This document shows, piece by piece, positions 30,509-41,209 of a stretch of DNA of 64,000 nt. Position 1 is the first letter of the stretch. Each line of letters starts with the position of its first letter. Below the pieces are notes generated by a model. That model worked only from the letters and a program-made list of their open reading frames with translations. It did not search any database and had not been told where the DNA came from. The position numbers and the translations under genes were made by a program. Source of the DNA: Methanotrichaceae archaeon (GTDB lineage Archaea > Halobacteriota > Methanosarcinia > Methanotrichales > Methanotrichaceae). The DNA lies in assembly GCA_963803145.1 (NCBI GenBank), contig CAWDLW010000042.1, positions 32,001 through 96,000 of the forward strand, given 5' to 3'.

Positions 30509-31003
30509 TCAACGAACAGAGCCGAGAACGATTTTTCCTCCGGGCCCGCTATTGGATCTGCCCTTTGTGCCCATTACAAATGCGAAGTCGGTAGTAGTGC
30601 CCGTATTCTTGCCATCTGGTATTCTGGACCATGTGAAGTCGTTATGGCTTATATCGCTAAAGGAAGGTGTCTTATCAACTAAATTGCCGGCACTATCCGT
30701 GAGGGATACAGTTCCGTTTATGCTCTGGTCCCATCTAGGGTCGCCCTCTGCGACATAGAATCCCTTAGGGTCAATTGACCCTTTTAGTCCGATCGGCCCT
30801 GTCCAGGGTCCATCTATGATCGTAACCGTCCAGCCTGTGAGGTCTACCGCCGCATCGCCTGTGTTATAAAGCTCCACCCATTTGGTGCCGTTATCAGGAG
30901 GGCTCAGCTCCACCTCATTAACAACCACAGCGCAAAGTCCAAGGCTGCCTGCCAAAAGTACAACAAGCGATGCCAGAAGCATCTTTTTAATGATTGAACT
31001 CAT
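30509..31003 (-). CDS. Secreted lamin-tail-domain protein
   Basis: VVVNEVELSP..WVELYNTG..VDLTGW. Confidence 0.85.
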   Translation of the reverse strand: MSSIIKKMLLASLVVLLAGSLGLCAVVVNEVELSPPDNGTKWVELYNTGDAAVDLTGWTVTIIDGPWTGPIGLKGSIDPKGFYVAEGDPRWDQSINGTVSLTDSAGNLVDKTPSFSDISHNDFTWSRIPDGKNTGTTTDFAFVMGTKGRSNSGPGGKIVLGSVR

Positions 31004-31077
31004 ATGAACTCCACTCCTTGCGAATATCGATATCTTTTGCTAACGCAATATAGATCTTTTCTGAAGCAGATCTTTGC

Positions 31078-31551
31078 TTAAACCTGATTTGATCTGCCCT
31101 TGGTAGCATAGGCGAATCCCCAATCACCGTTAGTATTTGTGTTATGCCCATCGGGATTTCTTCCCCACGTGAGGTCATTATGGAGAGGATCCGTCCTATA
31201 AGGGGTCTTATCAATAATAGCCCCAGATTCCGAGTAAAGGGTTACAAAGCCGCCGTTGTCGTGATTCCACTGCTGGTTGCCGTTCAGAACGTAAAATCCG
31301 TTTGGAGGAATTATCGTTCCCGCAGGCACTATCATCTTGCCGACCCAGCCGCCATCGGTTATTGTGGCGCTCCAATTGCTTATATCAACGCTATCGTTGC
31401 CGCTGTTGTAAAGCTCAACCCAATTCAATCCGCCATCAGGCGGATTCAGTTCCATTTCATTTACAACCACACTACCAGTGGCGGTTGCTGCGAGTGCCAT
31501 AACGAATAGCAGATAGTAAATAGCCAGTGATTTTATCCTCAAGCAAAGCAC
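31078..31551 (-). CDS. Secreted lamin-tail-domain protein (paralog of the neighbour)
   Basis: VVVNEMELNP..WVELYNSG..VDISNW..TKGRSN. Confidence 0.85.
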   Translation of the reverse strand: MLCLRIKSLAIYYLLFVMALAATATGSVVVNEMELNPPDGGLNWVELYNSGNDSVDISNWSATITDGGWVGKMIVPAGTIIPPNGFYVLNGNQQWNHDNGGFVTLYSESGAIIDKTPYRTDPLHNDLTWGRNPDGHNTNTNGDWGFAYATKGRSNQV

Positions 31552-31749
31552 CTTTCCAACTTTGAACGTTATTCAGATCTTGAACGTTTTGGAGTTTGAA
31601 TGCATTTCAGAGCCTGTATTCTAGTATATTACAATATCGAGGCATCTGTTAGAGATCGATCCATAGAGGGCTATATAAGCAACCAAAAATTAATTAATCC
31701 TAAGAACGGTCCTAACTAAATATAGACTTAGATATTAAGGGAGGTAGAG

Positions 31750-32490
31750 ATGATCACATACTACAAAAGGGGCAGCCCAGTGGCGCTCTCTAAGTTGCTC
31801 TTTGTATTTTTTATATGCCTTGCGACGGCCCAATGTCAAGGTGCCAGTCCGGCATGCCATAGTATGGATATCGGAAATTATGCAAATGTGAGCTTTTGTA
31901 TACCTGCAGAGGCATCCGTGGTTCCAGGGACCTTAACAGAAGACAACTACTCTCAGGGTGAAGACGTGATAATGAGTCTGTTGCTGAACGGTAGCAAAGT
32001 AGGTCTGCATTTGCTTTATCCCTGTGAGATAAAAGAAGGTCTCACGCCATCAGGGCTTCGCGAGAGCGTGAATGCATTCGATCCAGAAATGGCTCAGGCC
32101 AATTATAACTTGACGCCAATGAACATCTCCGGCCAAAAGGCACTTTGGGCCGTGCTGGATAACATGACATTTGTGGTCTATCAGCCTGCAAATAACACTG
32201 TGGCAATCATATTCTTCGATGAAGATATGCCTTACCTAATGAAGTTAAGCTTCCTAGAATCGTTGAGGATAAATATAGGCAGTGAGTTGCCTGAGAGATA
32301 CTGCTCTCCATCTAAGGCTGAGTTTTCCCCAGTGGAAAAGGTAGGAAGCAATAGTATCTTTAACAACAGCACCGATAAAGAGTTCGGTCAGGATATGGAG
32401 GCAATGCTCACTGGACAAAAGATATCGCAGGAAGCCCTTATGGCCGATCAGCAGGTCAACAAGGAAGAGGCTGAAACTGCCCAAAAATAG
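31750..32490 (+). CDS. Secreted hypothetical protein
   Basis: GGAGGT RBS, signal-like N-terminus. Confidence 0.7.
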   Translation: MITYYKRGSPVALSKLLFVFFICLATAQCQGASPACHSMDIGNYANVSFCIPAEASVVPGTLTEDNYSQGEDVIMSLLLNGSKVGLHLLYPCEIKEGLTPSGLRESVNAFDPEMAQANYNLTPMNISGQKALWAVLDNMTFVVYQPANNTVAIIFFDEDMPYLMKLSFLESLRINIGSELPERYCSPSKAEFSPVEKVGSNSIFNNSTDKEFGQDMEAMLTGQKISQEALMADQQVNKEEAETAQK

Positions 32491-32569
32491 ATTCATGGTT
32501 AGAGGTCACAAGAGATCGATATTTGCAATATAAAACCAGGCCGCTATAAAAGAAATTGCAAAGGAAGGA

Positions 32570-33784
32570 CTATGCTCCTCGCAGATCCTCCCTTTGAGTA
32601 ATATTTCTGATCTCCTGTCTTAGCTCTTCTGGAAGACCCTTTATCTCCACATCCAGGAAGCCTCTGACTATTACACTAGTAGCCTCCTCAGATGAAAGCC
32701 CTCTTGCCATGAGATACTCGAGTTCCTCCTCAGAGATCCTTCCAACGGCCGCCTCATGGGACATATCCAGGTCCTTGGCTCTTCCATCAAGCTCTGGTAT
32801 AGAGTAGATGCGGCCCTTTTCAGATAGAAGCAATCCAACACATTCCAAATGCGCTCTCGCGCCGGGAACCATGCCGGTCATCCTGCCTCGAGCTATAACC
32901 TCGCCGCCAACTGAGACTACACGCGAGATGGATTCGGAGCTTGTTTCGGGTGCATTGAGAATTACATTGCTTCCCACATCGATATTTCCCATACTGGAGT
33001 AGATTACGGTGTTGAAGCTGGCCACGGCTCCCCGTCCGGCGAGGGTGGCTGTTGGGAATGTCTGAAGCGTCTTCACCGGTCTTAGACAAATGTAGTTATT
33101 CGAAAGAGAGCCTCCCTCATCGATGTATATTCCAGTCCTCGGCCTCACCTCGACCTCCTTACCCCAGCTATGAATCATTGTAAAGCTAACGTGCGCTCCC
33201 TTCTTGATGAAGAACTCCGAGACTCCGATATGTAGGCCGCGTTGAACATGCGATGGGGTTGTACAGCCGGTTATGACATGCAGCTCTGATCCTTCCTCTG
33301 CTATAATGATGTTATGGACGCGTTGGTTTAGGTTGGTTGTGCCCAAGTACAGACAGCTCTTGACTGGAAAAACTGTTTTAGTGCCCTTCTTGGCACGGAT
33401 GAAGTACCCAGCAGGCGGCGATCTTGCCACGTCTGCAACATATTTGTCTGCATCTGGGCTTACGAGCTTCCACCAGTAATCCTTAAGGCCGTCATATTTT
33501 TTTAGTGCAGTGGCAGTATCCAGGATCTCCACACCTTCGAAGAGGGATTTGGCGATAACAGGCGTCTGGTCCATCTGAACGAATGCTCCCGATTCTTCAG
33601 AATCAAGTTTGACACCTACGTCGAGCGCGGCCTTCTTAACCTCCGATGGAAGATCCTCAGGGCCCTCAACAACTGCGTGAGGCTTTGCCTCGGATTCATA
33701 GCTCTCCAGAGATACATCTGGGCCGTACATCGCCTTCTTTTCGCGTGCTTTCTGAGCTCTCTCCTCTATGTCGGACACAGGCAT
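32570..33784 (-). CDS. sufB: SufB/SufD-family Fe-S scaffold
   Basis: ITGCT, HLECVGLL, IPEL, SHEAAVG, YLMARGL. Confidence 0.9.
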   Translation of the reverse strand: MPVSDIEERAQKAREKKAMYGPDVSLESYESEAKPHAVVEGPEDLPSEVKKAALDVGVKLDSEESGAFVQMDQTPVIAKSLFEGVEILDTATALKKYDGLKDYWWKLVSPDADKYVADVARSPPAGYFIRAKKGTKTVFPVKSCLYLGTTNLNQRVHNIIIAEEGSELHVITGCTTPSHVQRGLHIGVSEFFIKKGAHVSFTMIHSWGKEVEVRPRTGIYIDEGGSLSNNYICLRPVKTLQTFPTATLAGRGAVASFNTVIYSSMGNIDVGSNVILNAPETSSESISRVVSVGGEVIARGRMTGMVPGARAHLECVGLLLSEKGRIYSIPELDGRAKDLDMSHEAAVGRISEEELEYLMARGLSSEEATSVIVRGFLDVEIKGLPEELRQEIRNITQREDLRGA

Positions 33785-34503
33785 GCTACACACCCCTCAT
33801 ATCCACTCTTCTTTATCTGCTGTAAAATCTCTGTCGGGTTTCCACTGCAAACTATTGTTCCACCAAGCATCACATGCGCCCTGTCTGTCTTAGTGTAGTC
33901 GAGGATATGGCCGAAATGCGTTATGATTATCCCCGATTTAGCCCTCAAGCTCGGTCTCTGATCTTTCTGAGTCAGTTGGTCTATGGCATTGCCAATGAGC
34001 TTTATATTCTCCAAATCTACACCGGAGTCAGGCTCATCAAGCATAACGAAATCAGGCTGCTGCGCCAAAAGCTGAACCATCTCGGACCTTTTCACCTCTC
34101 CGCCAGAGAAGCCGCGGTTGACATCACGATCTGCGAACGTCTCAAAGTCCATCTCTTTTAGAATGGCTTTTAAATCAGCTTTGGGATTGATGATCTTAAT
34201 AAGATCCTTGAGCTTCAGGCCGCGTATTGCAGGAGGACGCTGGAAGGCCATGCCAATACCAAGCCTCGCCCTCTCATCCATTGACTTATGGGTTATATCT
34301 ACTCCTTTGAAAACGATCCTCCCGCTATCAACAACATACCTAGGAATGCCGGCGATGGCATTCAGAAGCGTCGTCTTGCCCGTCCCATTTGGCCCAAAGA
34401 GTGCGTGGGTCTCGCCTCGGCCTATTCTTAAGTTGACATCTTTGAGAACTTGTTTTCCACCGATGCTGACAGATAGATCCTCAATCTCAAGCAGCCATAC
34501 CAC
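33766..34503 (-). CDS. sufC: SufC ABC ATPase (start uncertain)
   Basis: [30 protein letters not shown]-terminal CxxC. Confidence 0.9.
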   Translation of the reverse strand: MVWLLEIEDLSVSIGGKQVLKDVNLRIGRGETHALFGPNGTGKTTLLNAIAGIPRYVVDSGRIVFKGVDITHKSMDERARLGIGMAFQRPPAIRGLKLKDLIKIINPKADLKAILKEMDFETFADRDVNRGFSGGEVKRSEMVQLLAQQPDFVMLDEPDSGVDLENIKLIGNAIDQLTQKDQRPSLRAKSGIIITHFGHILDYTKTDRAHVMLGGTIVCSGNPTEILQQIKKSGYEGCVACLCPT

Positions 34504-34593
34504 CTCCAAATCAACAATAATGGTCGGGCCTGTAAACATAATATACTTTTGGGAGCGGAAGATCCAAATAAAGAGGCAGTGAATCTCTGCTGC

Positions 34594-35088
34594 ATGATCA
34601 AGGGTCGGGCGTGGGTCTTTGGAGATGATGTGGACACTGATGTCATAATTCCTGGCAAATATCTGAGGACCAAAGATCTCTCAACTTTAGCAGAGCATGT
34701 CATGGAAGGGCTGGACCCGCAGTTTGCCTCGAAGGTCAGAAAGGGCGATGTGGTAGTGGCCGGACGCAACTTCGGCTGCGGATCATCGCGAGAACAAGCG
34801 CCTCTGGCTCTCAAGGAGGCTGGCGTTTCGGTAGTAGTTGCAAAATCGTTCGCAAGGATATTTTATAGAAATGCAATAAACATTGGCCTGCCGCTTGTCG
34901 AGGCCAATGTGAGCTGTTCAGAAGGGGACGAGATTGAGATAGATCTCGCAATAGGAACCGTCAGGGTTGGAGATTCAACCATCCAGGGAACAAAGCTTCC
35001 GGATTTTCTGCTCAAAATACTTCAGGACGGTGGGCTAGTGGCTCATAGAAGAAAGCAAATGCATGACCCAAGCATAACGCTTGACTAA
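34594..35088 (+). CDS. Isopropylmalate/homoaconitate hydratase small subunit (YLRT loop suggests homoaconitase AksE)
   Basis: [39 protein letters not shown]. Confidence 0.9.
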   Translation: MIKGRAWVFGDDVDTDVIIPGKYLRTKDLSTLAEHVMEGLDPQFASKVRKGDVVVAGRNFGCGSSREQAPLALKEAGVSVVVAKSFARIFYRNAINIGLPLVEANVSCSEGDEIEIDLAIGTVRVGDSTIQGTKLPDFLLKILQDGGLVAHRRKQMHDPSITLD

Positions 35089-35136
35089 TCAACGTAGGAC
35101 TAACTAATGTAGGACTGACATAAGGCAGAAATTACC

Positions 35137-35955
35137 ATGATCTTTCCCGAGGATTATAAGCTAGTAGGTGTGAAGGACAAAGAGCGGCCTGGTGAGCCGA
35201 TCTACTTCTCAACGCAGTATATGCTATTTAGGGACGGCCCCAGGCTCTACAGCGTGAGCAGCAGCGGCGTAGGCTTCATGCGGACTGTTGAAAAGATGGA
35301 GCTGATTGCCTCAGGCTCCCAGATAGTTGAATACCCTACTAGGGTGGATACGAGAGATCGGGCAAGATTGATAGAACTTGCAAGCAGTATATGTAGTGGC
35401 GTTGTGAATACAGTGATATTTCAGGGGCCGGATGAGCACATAACCTTCGTTCATGAGCCTGATTTAAATGCAATCCTGAACATTGAAATTCTTGATGTGC
35501 TTCCTCCTGATCCGCCCTGGCTTATGCACGTAATCGATAGATTGGAGCATTGCGGAGTCCTGGGAGATCTAACAGTGAAGTTCAGACCGAGAGTCCTCGA
35601 CCTGCGAATGTTTAATTGCGACTGCGTTTACTACCCATGCCGCGCTTCTGGTCTCGGCAGATCATTGGATTCTGATAAGGTTGTACACGATCATCCGAGG
35701 ATCGTCGGGTGTGAAATATCAAGGGAGATCTTTCTGGCAACATCACAGCGAGGGGATTACGATTTCGTAAATATTTGTCCTCTAAGCAGCCTTGAGCCTG
35801 GAGGGCCTTTTATAACGAGATGCTGCCGCTCTGAGAGACGAGGGTTGATTAAAAAGAATGGATTTCAGGGGGTTGTTGTACATTGGGGTGACGGCCCCTG
35901 GAAAATAGCTGAGGCAATAAGATGTCTGGTGAGCGCCATAAGAGGAAACGAGTAG
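35137..35955 (+). CDS. Cys-containing hypothetical protein
   Basis: 272-aa ORF within an operon; YPCRASG, GCEIS, CP, RCCR, VHWG. Confidence 0.75.
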   Translation: MIFPEDYKLVGVKDKERPGEPIYFSTQYMLFRDGPRLYSVSSSGVGFMRTVEKMELIASGSQIVEYPTRVDTRDRARLIELASSICSGVVNTVIFQGPDEHITFVHEPDLNAILNIEILDVLPPDPPWLMHVIDRLEHCGVLGDLTVKFRPRVLDLRMFNCDCVYYPCRASGLGRSLDSDKVVHDHPRIVGCEISREIFLATSQRGDYDFVNICPLSSLEPGGPFITRCCRSERRGLIKKNGFQGVVVHWGDGPWKIAEAIRCLVSAIRGNE

Positions 35956-36908
35956 CAATTGTAAGAGGAGACGGCATAGGTCCAGAAGTGATAGAGAGCG
36001 CTTTGGCTGTTCTTCATGCAGTTGACGCTGATATAGACGAGGTTCCAGTAGAGATTGGTTTTGGCAGATGGAAGCGCACAGGCGCTGCTATGGGCGATGA
36101 GGATTTTGAAACGATAAAGGAATGCAGTTGCATCCTTTTCGGGGCTATAACAACTCCACCGGACCCTAATTACAGGAGCGTTCTTCTGAGGATCAGGAAG
36201 GGACTTGATCTCTATGCAAATATTAGGCCCTTTAACAGCAAGCATGTGGACATGATAATAGTAAGAGAGAATACCGAAGGGCTCTACTCAGGGATAGAAG
36301 AGCTTGGAGAGGAAGAGTCGAGAACGTCCAGGGTCATAACACACTTTGGTTCTAAACGGATCGCCGAGAAAGCCTGTGATATTGCTGCAAACCGTCGGAA
36401 ACTTACCATCGTCCATAAATCCAATGTTCTGGGGAGCGATCGTCTTTTCCTGAAGACATGCGAGAATGTAGCAGAAGATCGCGGCATTTCATATGACGAT
36501 ATGTATGTCGATGCCGCAGCATACAACCTAATAGTGAGACCAGAAAAGTTCGATGTTATCGTGACGACAAACCTCTTCGGAGATATTCTGAGCGATGAGG
36601 CCGCGGGCATAGTTGGAAGCCTTGGACTTTGCGCCAGTGCAAATATTGGCGACGGTCGAGCGCTATTCGAGCCTATTCACGGAAGCGCGCCGGATATTGC
36701 AGGAAAGGGCATAGCCAATCCCGTCGGCGCAATCAGAAGCGCGGCAATGATGATGAGCTGGCTCGGCTTTCCAGAAAAGGCAAAAAGGATAGATGCGGCG
36801 GCAAACTGGTCCCTGGATGAAGGTATACTTACCCCAGATCTTGGGGGCAGCTGCAAGACTCAGGATGTGACAATGGCTATTGTCGGCCGCCTGAATGCCT
36901 CAGGCTAG
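35922..36908 (+). CDS. Isocitrate/isopropylmalate dehydrogenase family (probably homoisocitrate dehydrogenase AksF)
   Basis: GDGIGPEV, VRENTEGLY, NLFGDILSD, EPIHGSAPDIAGKG. Confidence 0.9.
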   Translation: MSGERHKRKRVAIVRGDGIGPEVIESALAVLHAVDADIDEVPVEIGFGRWKRTGAAMGDEDFETIKECSCILFGAITTPPDPNYRSVLLRIRKGLDLYANIRPFNSKHVDMIIVRENTEGLYSGIEELGEEESRTSRVITHFGSKRIAEKACDIAANRRKLTIVHKSNVLGSDRLFLKTCENVAEDRGISYDDMYVDAAAYNLIVRPEKFDVIVTTNLFGDILSDEAAGIVGSLGLCASANIGDGRALFEPIHGSAPDIAGKGIANPVGAIRSAAMMMSWLGFPEKAKRIDAAANWSLDEGILTPDLGGSCKTQDVTMAIVGRLNASG

Positions 36909-36916
36909 ATTTAAGC

Positions 36917-37456
36917 CTAGATCTTAACTATCTTACCAGTGTACTCTATTTGTGCAGTCTTCACAAGCTGCGCGTTCAGAGCTTCATCGGTAAAGTGAGC
37001 TAGGATTGCGAAATCTCTCTGTGCGACCGCGCCTGATGGCAGTGCAGCTATGCCGCCGTAACAGACCTGTTTGGAAAAGCCGTGTTCAACCCTTGCTTTC
37101 CCTGTGCCTATGAACCCGCTCATTCCCGATACCGTGGCTTGTTTGATATCGACCATAGCGCAGGAGATTTTCATTAGGGTCCATAATCTATCATTTAGAT
37201 CGAACATCTGAGGTGTTTGATACTCATAGAGATATACAGTGGCATAATCGGTATCATTATCTCCCTTGAAGGTTATGGAGTGAAGTATTGTATCCATTGT
37301 CGAGCTGGACTGCATAGGCTCGACTGTGACCTCCTTATTGCCGAAATCCAGAGATACATTGTAGTCTCGGAGCGATACGACCTTCTGTGCGCCTATTGCA
37401 GGTATGGCAGTAAGCATCAATGTGGCTACTGCTACAACTAATATTACTAACCTCAT
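36917..37456 (-). CDS. Secreted hypothetical protein
   Basis: Signal peptide; paralog of 37538-38065 (ARVEHGF..CYGGI). Confidence 0.8.
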   Translation of the reverse strand: MRLVILVVAVATLMLTAIPAIGAQKVVSLRDYNVSLDFGNKEVTVEPMQSSSTMDTILHSITFKGDNDTDYATVYLYEYQTPQMFDLNDRLWTLMKISCAMVDIKQATVSGMSGFIGTGKARVEHGFSKQVCYGGIAALPSGAVAQRDFAILAHFTDEALNAQLVKTAQIEYTGKIVKI

Positions 37457-37537
37457 TCATCAAACCCCCATGCCTAAAAGATATAGGACTAAATAATGCT
37501 TGCGGAAATACTTAGCCCGAGAGAAGCAGGGCTTAGT

Positions 37538-38065
37538 TCATCCGGAATAATTGATATTTGCGGTCTTAACGAAACGCTGGTTGAGCGATTCGTTTGTGAA
37601 ATGGCCAATAACCACGAAGAATGTGTTCTCGTTTGCTCCCAGCGACGCAAGCTGAACTATGCCGCCGTAACAGTTCTGGCCGAATCCGTGCTCCACTCTG
37701 GCCTCGCCTATTGCTACAAGTCCCCTTTGGCTGCCGATGTCTCCGGGATTTATCCTGATAGCCTTGCATGACGGCATCATAAGCGACCTGAGCGTGTCCT
37801 CCATCGGCACAGAATAGGATGGATTACTGCTATCTATGAGATAGATGGACCCCCAATCTGCAGCCGAACTGCCTCGGAAGAACAATGAATGCACTGTACC
37901 GTAATCATCTGAGGTCACAGGCCGAGTCTCTACTGTCGTGTTCTTGCTGCCGAGATCCAGGGAGGCATTGTAATGCCAGATAGGAAATGTCTGATACTCT
38001 CCAAGGCAGGGACTCAATTGAAGTGTTATCAGGGCAATCAGACATAACAATGCTTTAGTGCTCAT
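37538..38065 (-). CDS. Secreted hypothetical protein
   Basis: Signal peptide; shares YNxSLD, ARVEHGF, CYGGI, HFT..LN..VKTA. Confidence 0.8.
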   Translation of the reverse strand: MSTKALLCLIALITLQLSPCLGEYQTFPIWHYNASLDLGSKNTTVETRPVTSDDYGTVHSLFFRGSSAADWGSIYLIDSSNPSYSVPMEDTLRSLMMPSCKAIRINPGDIGSQRGLVAIGEARVEHGFGQNCYGGIVQLASLGANENTFFVVIGHFTNESLNQRFVKTANINYSG

Positions 38066-38151
38066 TTCTATATCCTCTAGGTATGGAAGATCGATTCAGG
38101 AGATAACCCTTGCGAGCGGATTTAAAATAACAGAGAATCATACGTATAAAC

Positions 38152-38352
38152 ATGACAGGTATAAGTACGGACTGCGATATGAATACGTTCCTCATCGATC
38201 TTGGCTTCTCTAGAGATGAGATTGATAAAGCATTCTATGAGCTTGATGAGTATAGAAGCATACCTGGAACAACGTTAAAAAAGTATCTCAGTTATCTTTT
38301 TCGAGAAGCTCGATCAACTCATCCATCGTATGCCTGGCCATCAAATCTATAA
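38152..38352 (+). CDS. Small hypothetical protein (uncertain)
   Basis: TTTAAAA about 25 nt upstream of the ATG; 3' end overlaps the convergent regulator by 65 nt. Confidence 0.35.
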   Translation: MTGISTDCDMNTFLIDLGFSRDEIDKAFYELDEYRSIPGTTLKKYLSYLFREARSTHPSYAWPSNL

Positions 38353-38794
38353 GTTTCAGAGTTTGCTCATAAAAACGTCTTATCTTGCTTAATTTATCCC
38401 TGAAACTTTGCGTATCTGGCTCGTGCCCCCTTAGGTCCCTCTCAGTCAAATCTAGAGCATCAAGTATCAGCTGAATCTCATTTTTTATATTTGCAAGCAT
38501 AACTGTTCTAAGAGAATCAGTATCAGTTACGGGAGCGTAATAATACCTTTTATCACCCGGTATGACGATGCGTTTAGCCATCCCCAAGTTTTCCAGAATG
38601 CCCATGTTTGCACTGACCGTGGATTTGCTATACCCTGTCTCCTCCACAAGCTGATCCATGGACATTGGCTCAAGTGCCAGAAAGATTGTGCCCCTGAGGA
38701 CGCCAGATGCGTCGCTGAGCCCTTTTGCATTGGCAGCCTTAACGCATGCATCTACGATATGCTTCTTCAATGCCTCTCTGTCGTCCCTGTTCAT
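38288..38794 (-). CDS. GbsR/MarR-family regulator
   Basis: EPMSMDQLVEETGYSKSTVS..PGDKRYYY; divergent from the RND gene. Confidence 0.85.
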   Translation of the reverse strand: MNRDDREALKKHIVDACVKAANAKGLSDASGVLRGTIFLALEPMSMDQLVEETGYSKSTVSANMGILENLGMAKRIVIPGDKRYYYAPVTDTDSLRTVMLANIKNEIQLILDALDLTERDLRGHEPDTQSFRDKLSKIRRFYEQTLKLIDLMARHTMDELIELLEKDN

Positions 38795-38885
38795 CGCTTA
38801 GGAATAGACCACAAGTTTTATGTACTTTTCGCATGTTCTCGAACGTCCGATAAGACCCGAACGCAAAGCATTGCTAGGTGACCTC

Positions 38886-41207
38886 ATGAAAAGTGTGGAA
38901 AGGCTTGGAGAGTGGATTGCCGGAAACCCAATAATAATCATAGCAGCTGCAGTGCTTCTTACAGTCGCTTCCATCCATTATGCAACGCAGATAGAAGCAC
39001 AAGGAATGAATACGGAAAGCATGGTGGGAAAGGATTCGCCTCTCTATCAGCTTTACGATCACCTCTATGTTGAAAAGTTTGGAACTGAATCCATCGCAGT
39101 TCTCGTTGAAGGTGACGGCATAACAATGCCTGAAACCCTGAAGGCTATGCTGCGATTCTCGGATAAGATGAAGGAGCCAACGGAAGTGATCGGAGTGCAG
39201 AGCATTGCCGATGTTGTGGCCAACTCTGAGAAGATCCAGACTGGCGTTAGGGATATTCCTTCCGAGGATAGGATAAACGAGATTCTTTCGAGTCCTGAAA
39301 ATGCTGGAATCGTAAATGCCATGATGCCTGATAAAAGGCATACGATGATCTCAATTGAGCTGCCTGTGTCTATTACTGATGCTCAACTAAATGAGATTAA
39401 TGCAGAAACAAACGAACAGGTAAAAATGGCTGATTTCCCGCCTGATATCGGAGTCACCGTTACAGGCAGAGCTGCGCTCATGACATCTATCATGAGTTAT
39501 ATAAATGACAGCAACGGTCCAGTTCTCGGTTTAGCAGGAATTTTGATGATCTTGGCCTTGCTGCTCACCTTCAGGCATGTGAAATGGCCGCTTTTGCCTA
39601 TACCTATTGTATTCCTGGGGATAATCTGGACGTTTGGAGCCATGGGGTTTTTACATATACCCTTTACCATGGTATCCATGTCAGCCTTCCCTGTGCTTAT
39701 CGGAATCGGCATAGATTATGCTATTCAGTTCCATAATAGAATAGATGAGGAGTTCTCAAAAGGTCAGACTTCAGTTAAAGCAGTAATAGAGACTGTCAAC
39801 CACGTCTCAATTCCTGTCATGATAGCCCTGATCATAACTGCTATGGGGTTCGTCTCACTCATGACTTCATCAGTCCCTATGACCCGCGACTTCGGGCTGA
39901 CCTGTCTTATTGGGCTCTTTCTTTGCTACCTTTCAGCGCTCTTTGTAGGCGTAACTTTCCTTCAGATAATCGAGAGGAGAGGATCTTCGAAGAAGAGAGA
40001 TATCGAGAAGGAATCGGGACTCAATGTACCAAAGGAGACTGCTATCGGGCTGACTATAGAGAAGATCGCAATGTTTTGTATCCAAAGATGGCAGTTCGTG
40101 CTGGCTCTTGCACTCCTGTTGTCGCTCATAGGGACCTATGCAGATACCCAGGTTCTTGTGGATACTGATTTCAAGAACTATTTGCCCTCGGACATGCCGA
40201 CTTTGATAGATTTCAGACATATGAGCGATATCTTCGGAGGCACAGATACAATTAACCTTCTTATCCAGGGTGATGATCTAACAGATCCTAATACTCTTAA
40301 GTGGATGGATGATTTCAGCACATATCTTATGAACTCGCGGGGCCAGATTGAAGGTGCCTCAAGCATCGCCACCTATATCAAACAAGCAAATGGCGGCGTT
40401 ATGCCTCAGGACCAGACAACAGCTCGGGATCTGATAAACAGCTTGCCGGCTGCAATACGAGACAGATATCTGGATGGTCATGATACAGCCATCATCAATC
40501 TAAACGTAGGTCAGACATTATCTGAATTAGGTGCCGAGGGTACAGATCGTCTCATCAAAGAGATCGATAAGGACATCGCCTGGTATCCGCCCCCGCCAGA
40601 TGTATCCGTCAGAGAGACCGGAGATTCAGTAGTGATGACAACGGTCATTGCGGCCTTGACAACAGGAAGAACGCAGATGACACTGCTTGGGCTCTTGCTG
40701 ATCTTTATCGTGCTTCTGATCATTTACCGAGATCCGATCAAAGCCCTTCTGCCAGTACTTCCCATGATGGTAGTTATCGGCTGGATGGGCGGGGTAATGT
40801 ATTTGGCAGACCTAAAGTACACGCCCTTGACTGCTACCTTAGGCGCCCTCATCCTTGGAGTCGGTTCAGAGTATGCCATATTGATGATGGAACGCTTCTA
40901 CGAGGAGTTGGGGAAGGTTGGAGATCCTATGGAAGCGCTTGGAATTGCTTCACGCCGTATAGGCTCAGCCCTGATAGCATCTGGTATGACAACAGTGTTC
41001 GGTTTCGGAGCTCTAATGGCATCTCCGTTTATCTTGACCAGCAACTTTGGGCTAGTCACCGTTATGGCGGTGATATTCGCCCTGCTAACTACCTTCACGG
41101 TGTTTGTTGTGCTCATGCTGCGCATGGAGGTCCGGCGTGAAACCATGGAGAACGCTAAGTATGAGCTCATGAAAGCCCTTAAACTCATCAGCGCAAGAGG
41201 AGATTAA
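38886..41207 (+). CDS. RND/MMPL (HAE3) transporter
   Basis: Two repeats, GIGIDYAIQF and GVGSEYAI. Confidence 0.9.
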   Translation: MKSVERLGEWIAGNPIIIIAAAVLLTVASIHYATQIEAQGMNTESMVGKDSPLYQLYDHLYVEKFGTESIAVLVEGDGITMPETLKAMLRFSDKMKEPTEVIGVQSIADVVANSEKIQTGVRDIPSEDRINEILSSPENAGIVNAMMPDKRHTMISIELPVSITDAQLNEINAETNEQVKMADFPPDIGVTVTGRAALMTSIMSYINDSNGPVLGLAGILMILALLLTFRHVKWPLLPIPIVFLGIIWTFGAMGFLHIPFTMVSMSAFPVLIGIGIDYAIQFHNRIDEEFSKGQTSVKAVIETVNHVSIPVMIALIITAMGFVSLMTSSVPMTRDFGLTCLIGLFLCYLSALFVGVTFLQIIERRGSSKKRDIEKESGLNVPKETAIGLTIEKIAMFCIQRWQFVLALALLLSLIGTYADTQVLVDTDFKNYLPSDMPTLIDFRHMSDIFGGTDTINLLIQGDDLTDPNTLKWMDDFSTYLMNSRGQIEGASSIATYIKQANGGVMPQDQTTARDLINSLPAAIRDRYLDGHDTAIINLNVGQTLSELGAEGTDRLIKEIDKDIAWYPPPPDVSVRETGDSVVMTTVIAALTTGRTQMTLLGLLLIFIVLLIIYRDPIKALLPVLPMMVVIGWMGGVMYLADLKYTPLTATLGALILGVGSEYAILMMERFYEELGKVGDPMEALGIASRRIGSALIASGMTTVFGFGALMASPFILTSNFGLVTVMAVIFALLTTFTVFVVLMLRMEVRRETMENAKYELMKALKLISARGD

Positions 41208-41209
41208 AA

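Noticed and set aside
35089-35119. Short tandem GTAGGACT repeat
   Set aside because: Two copies only; a simple slippage duplication is sufficient
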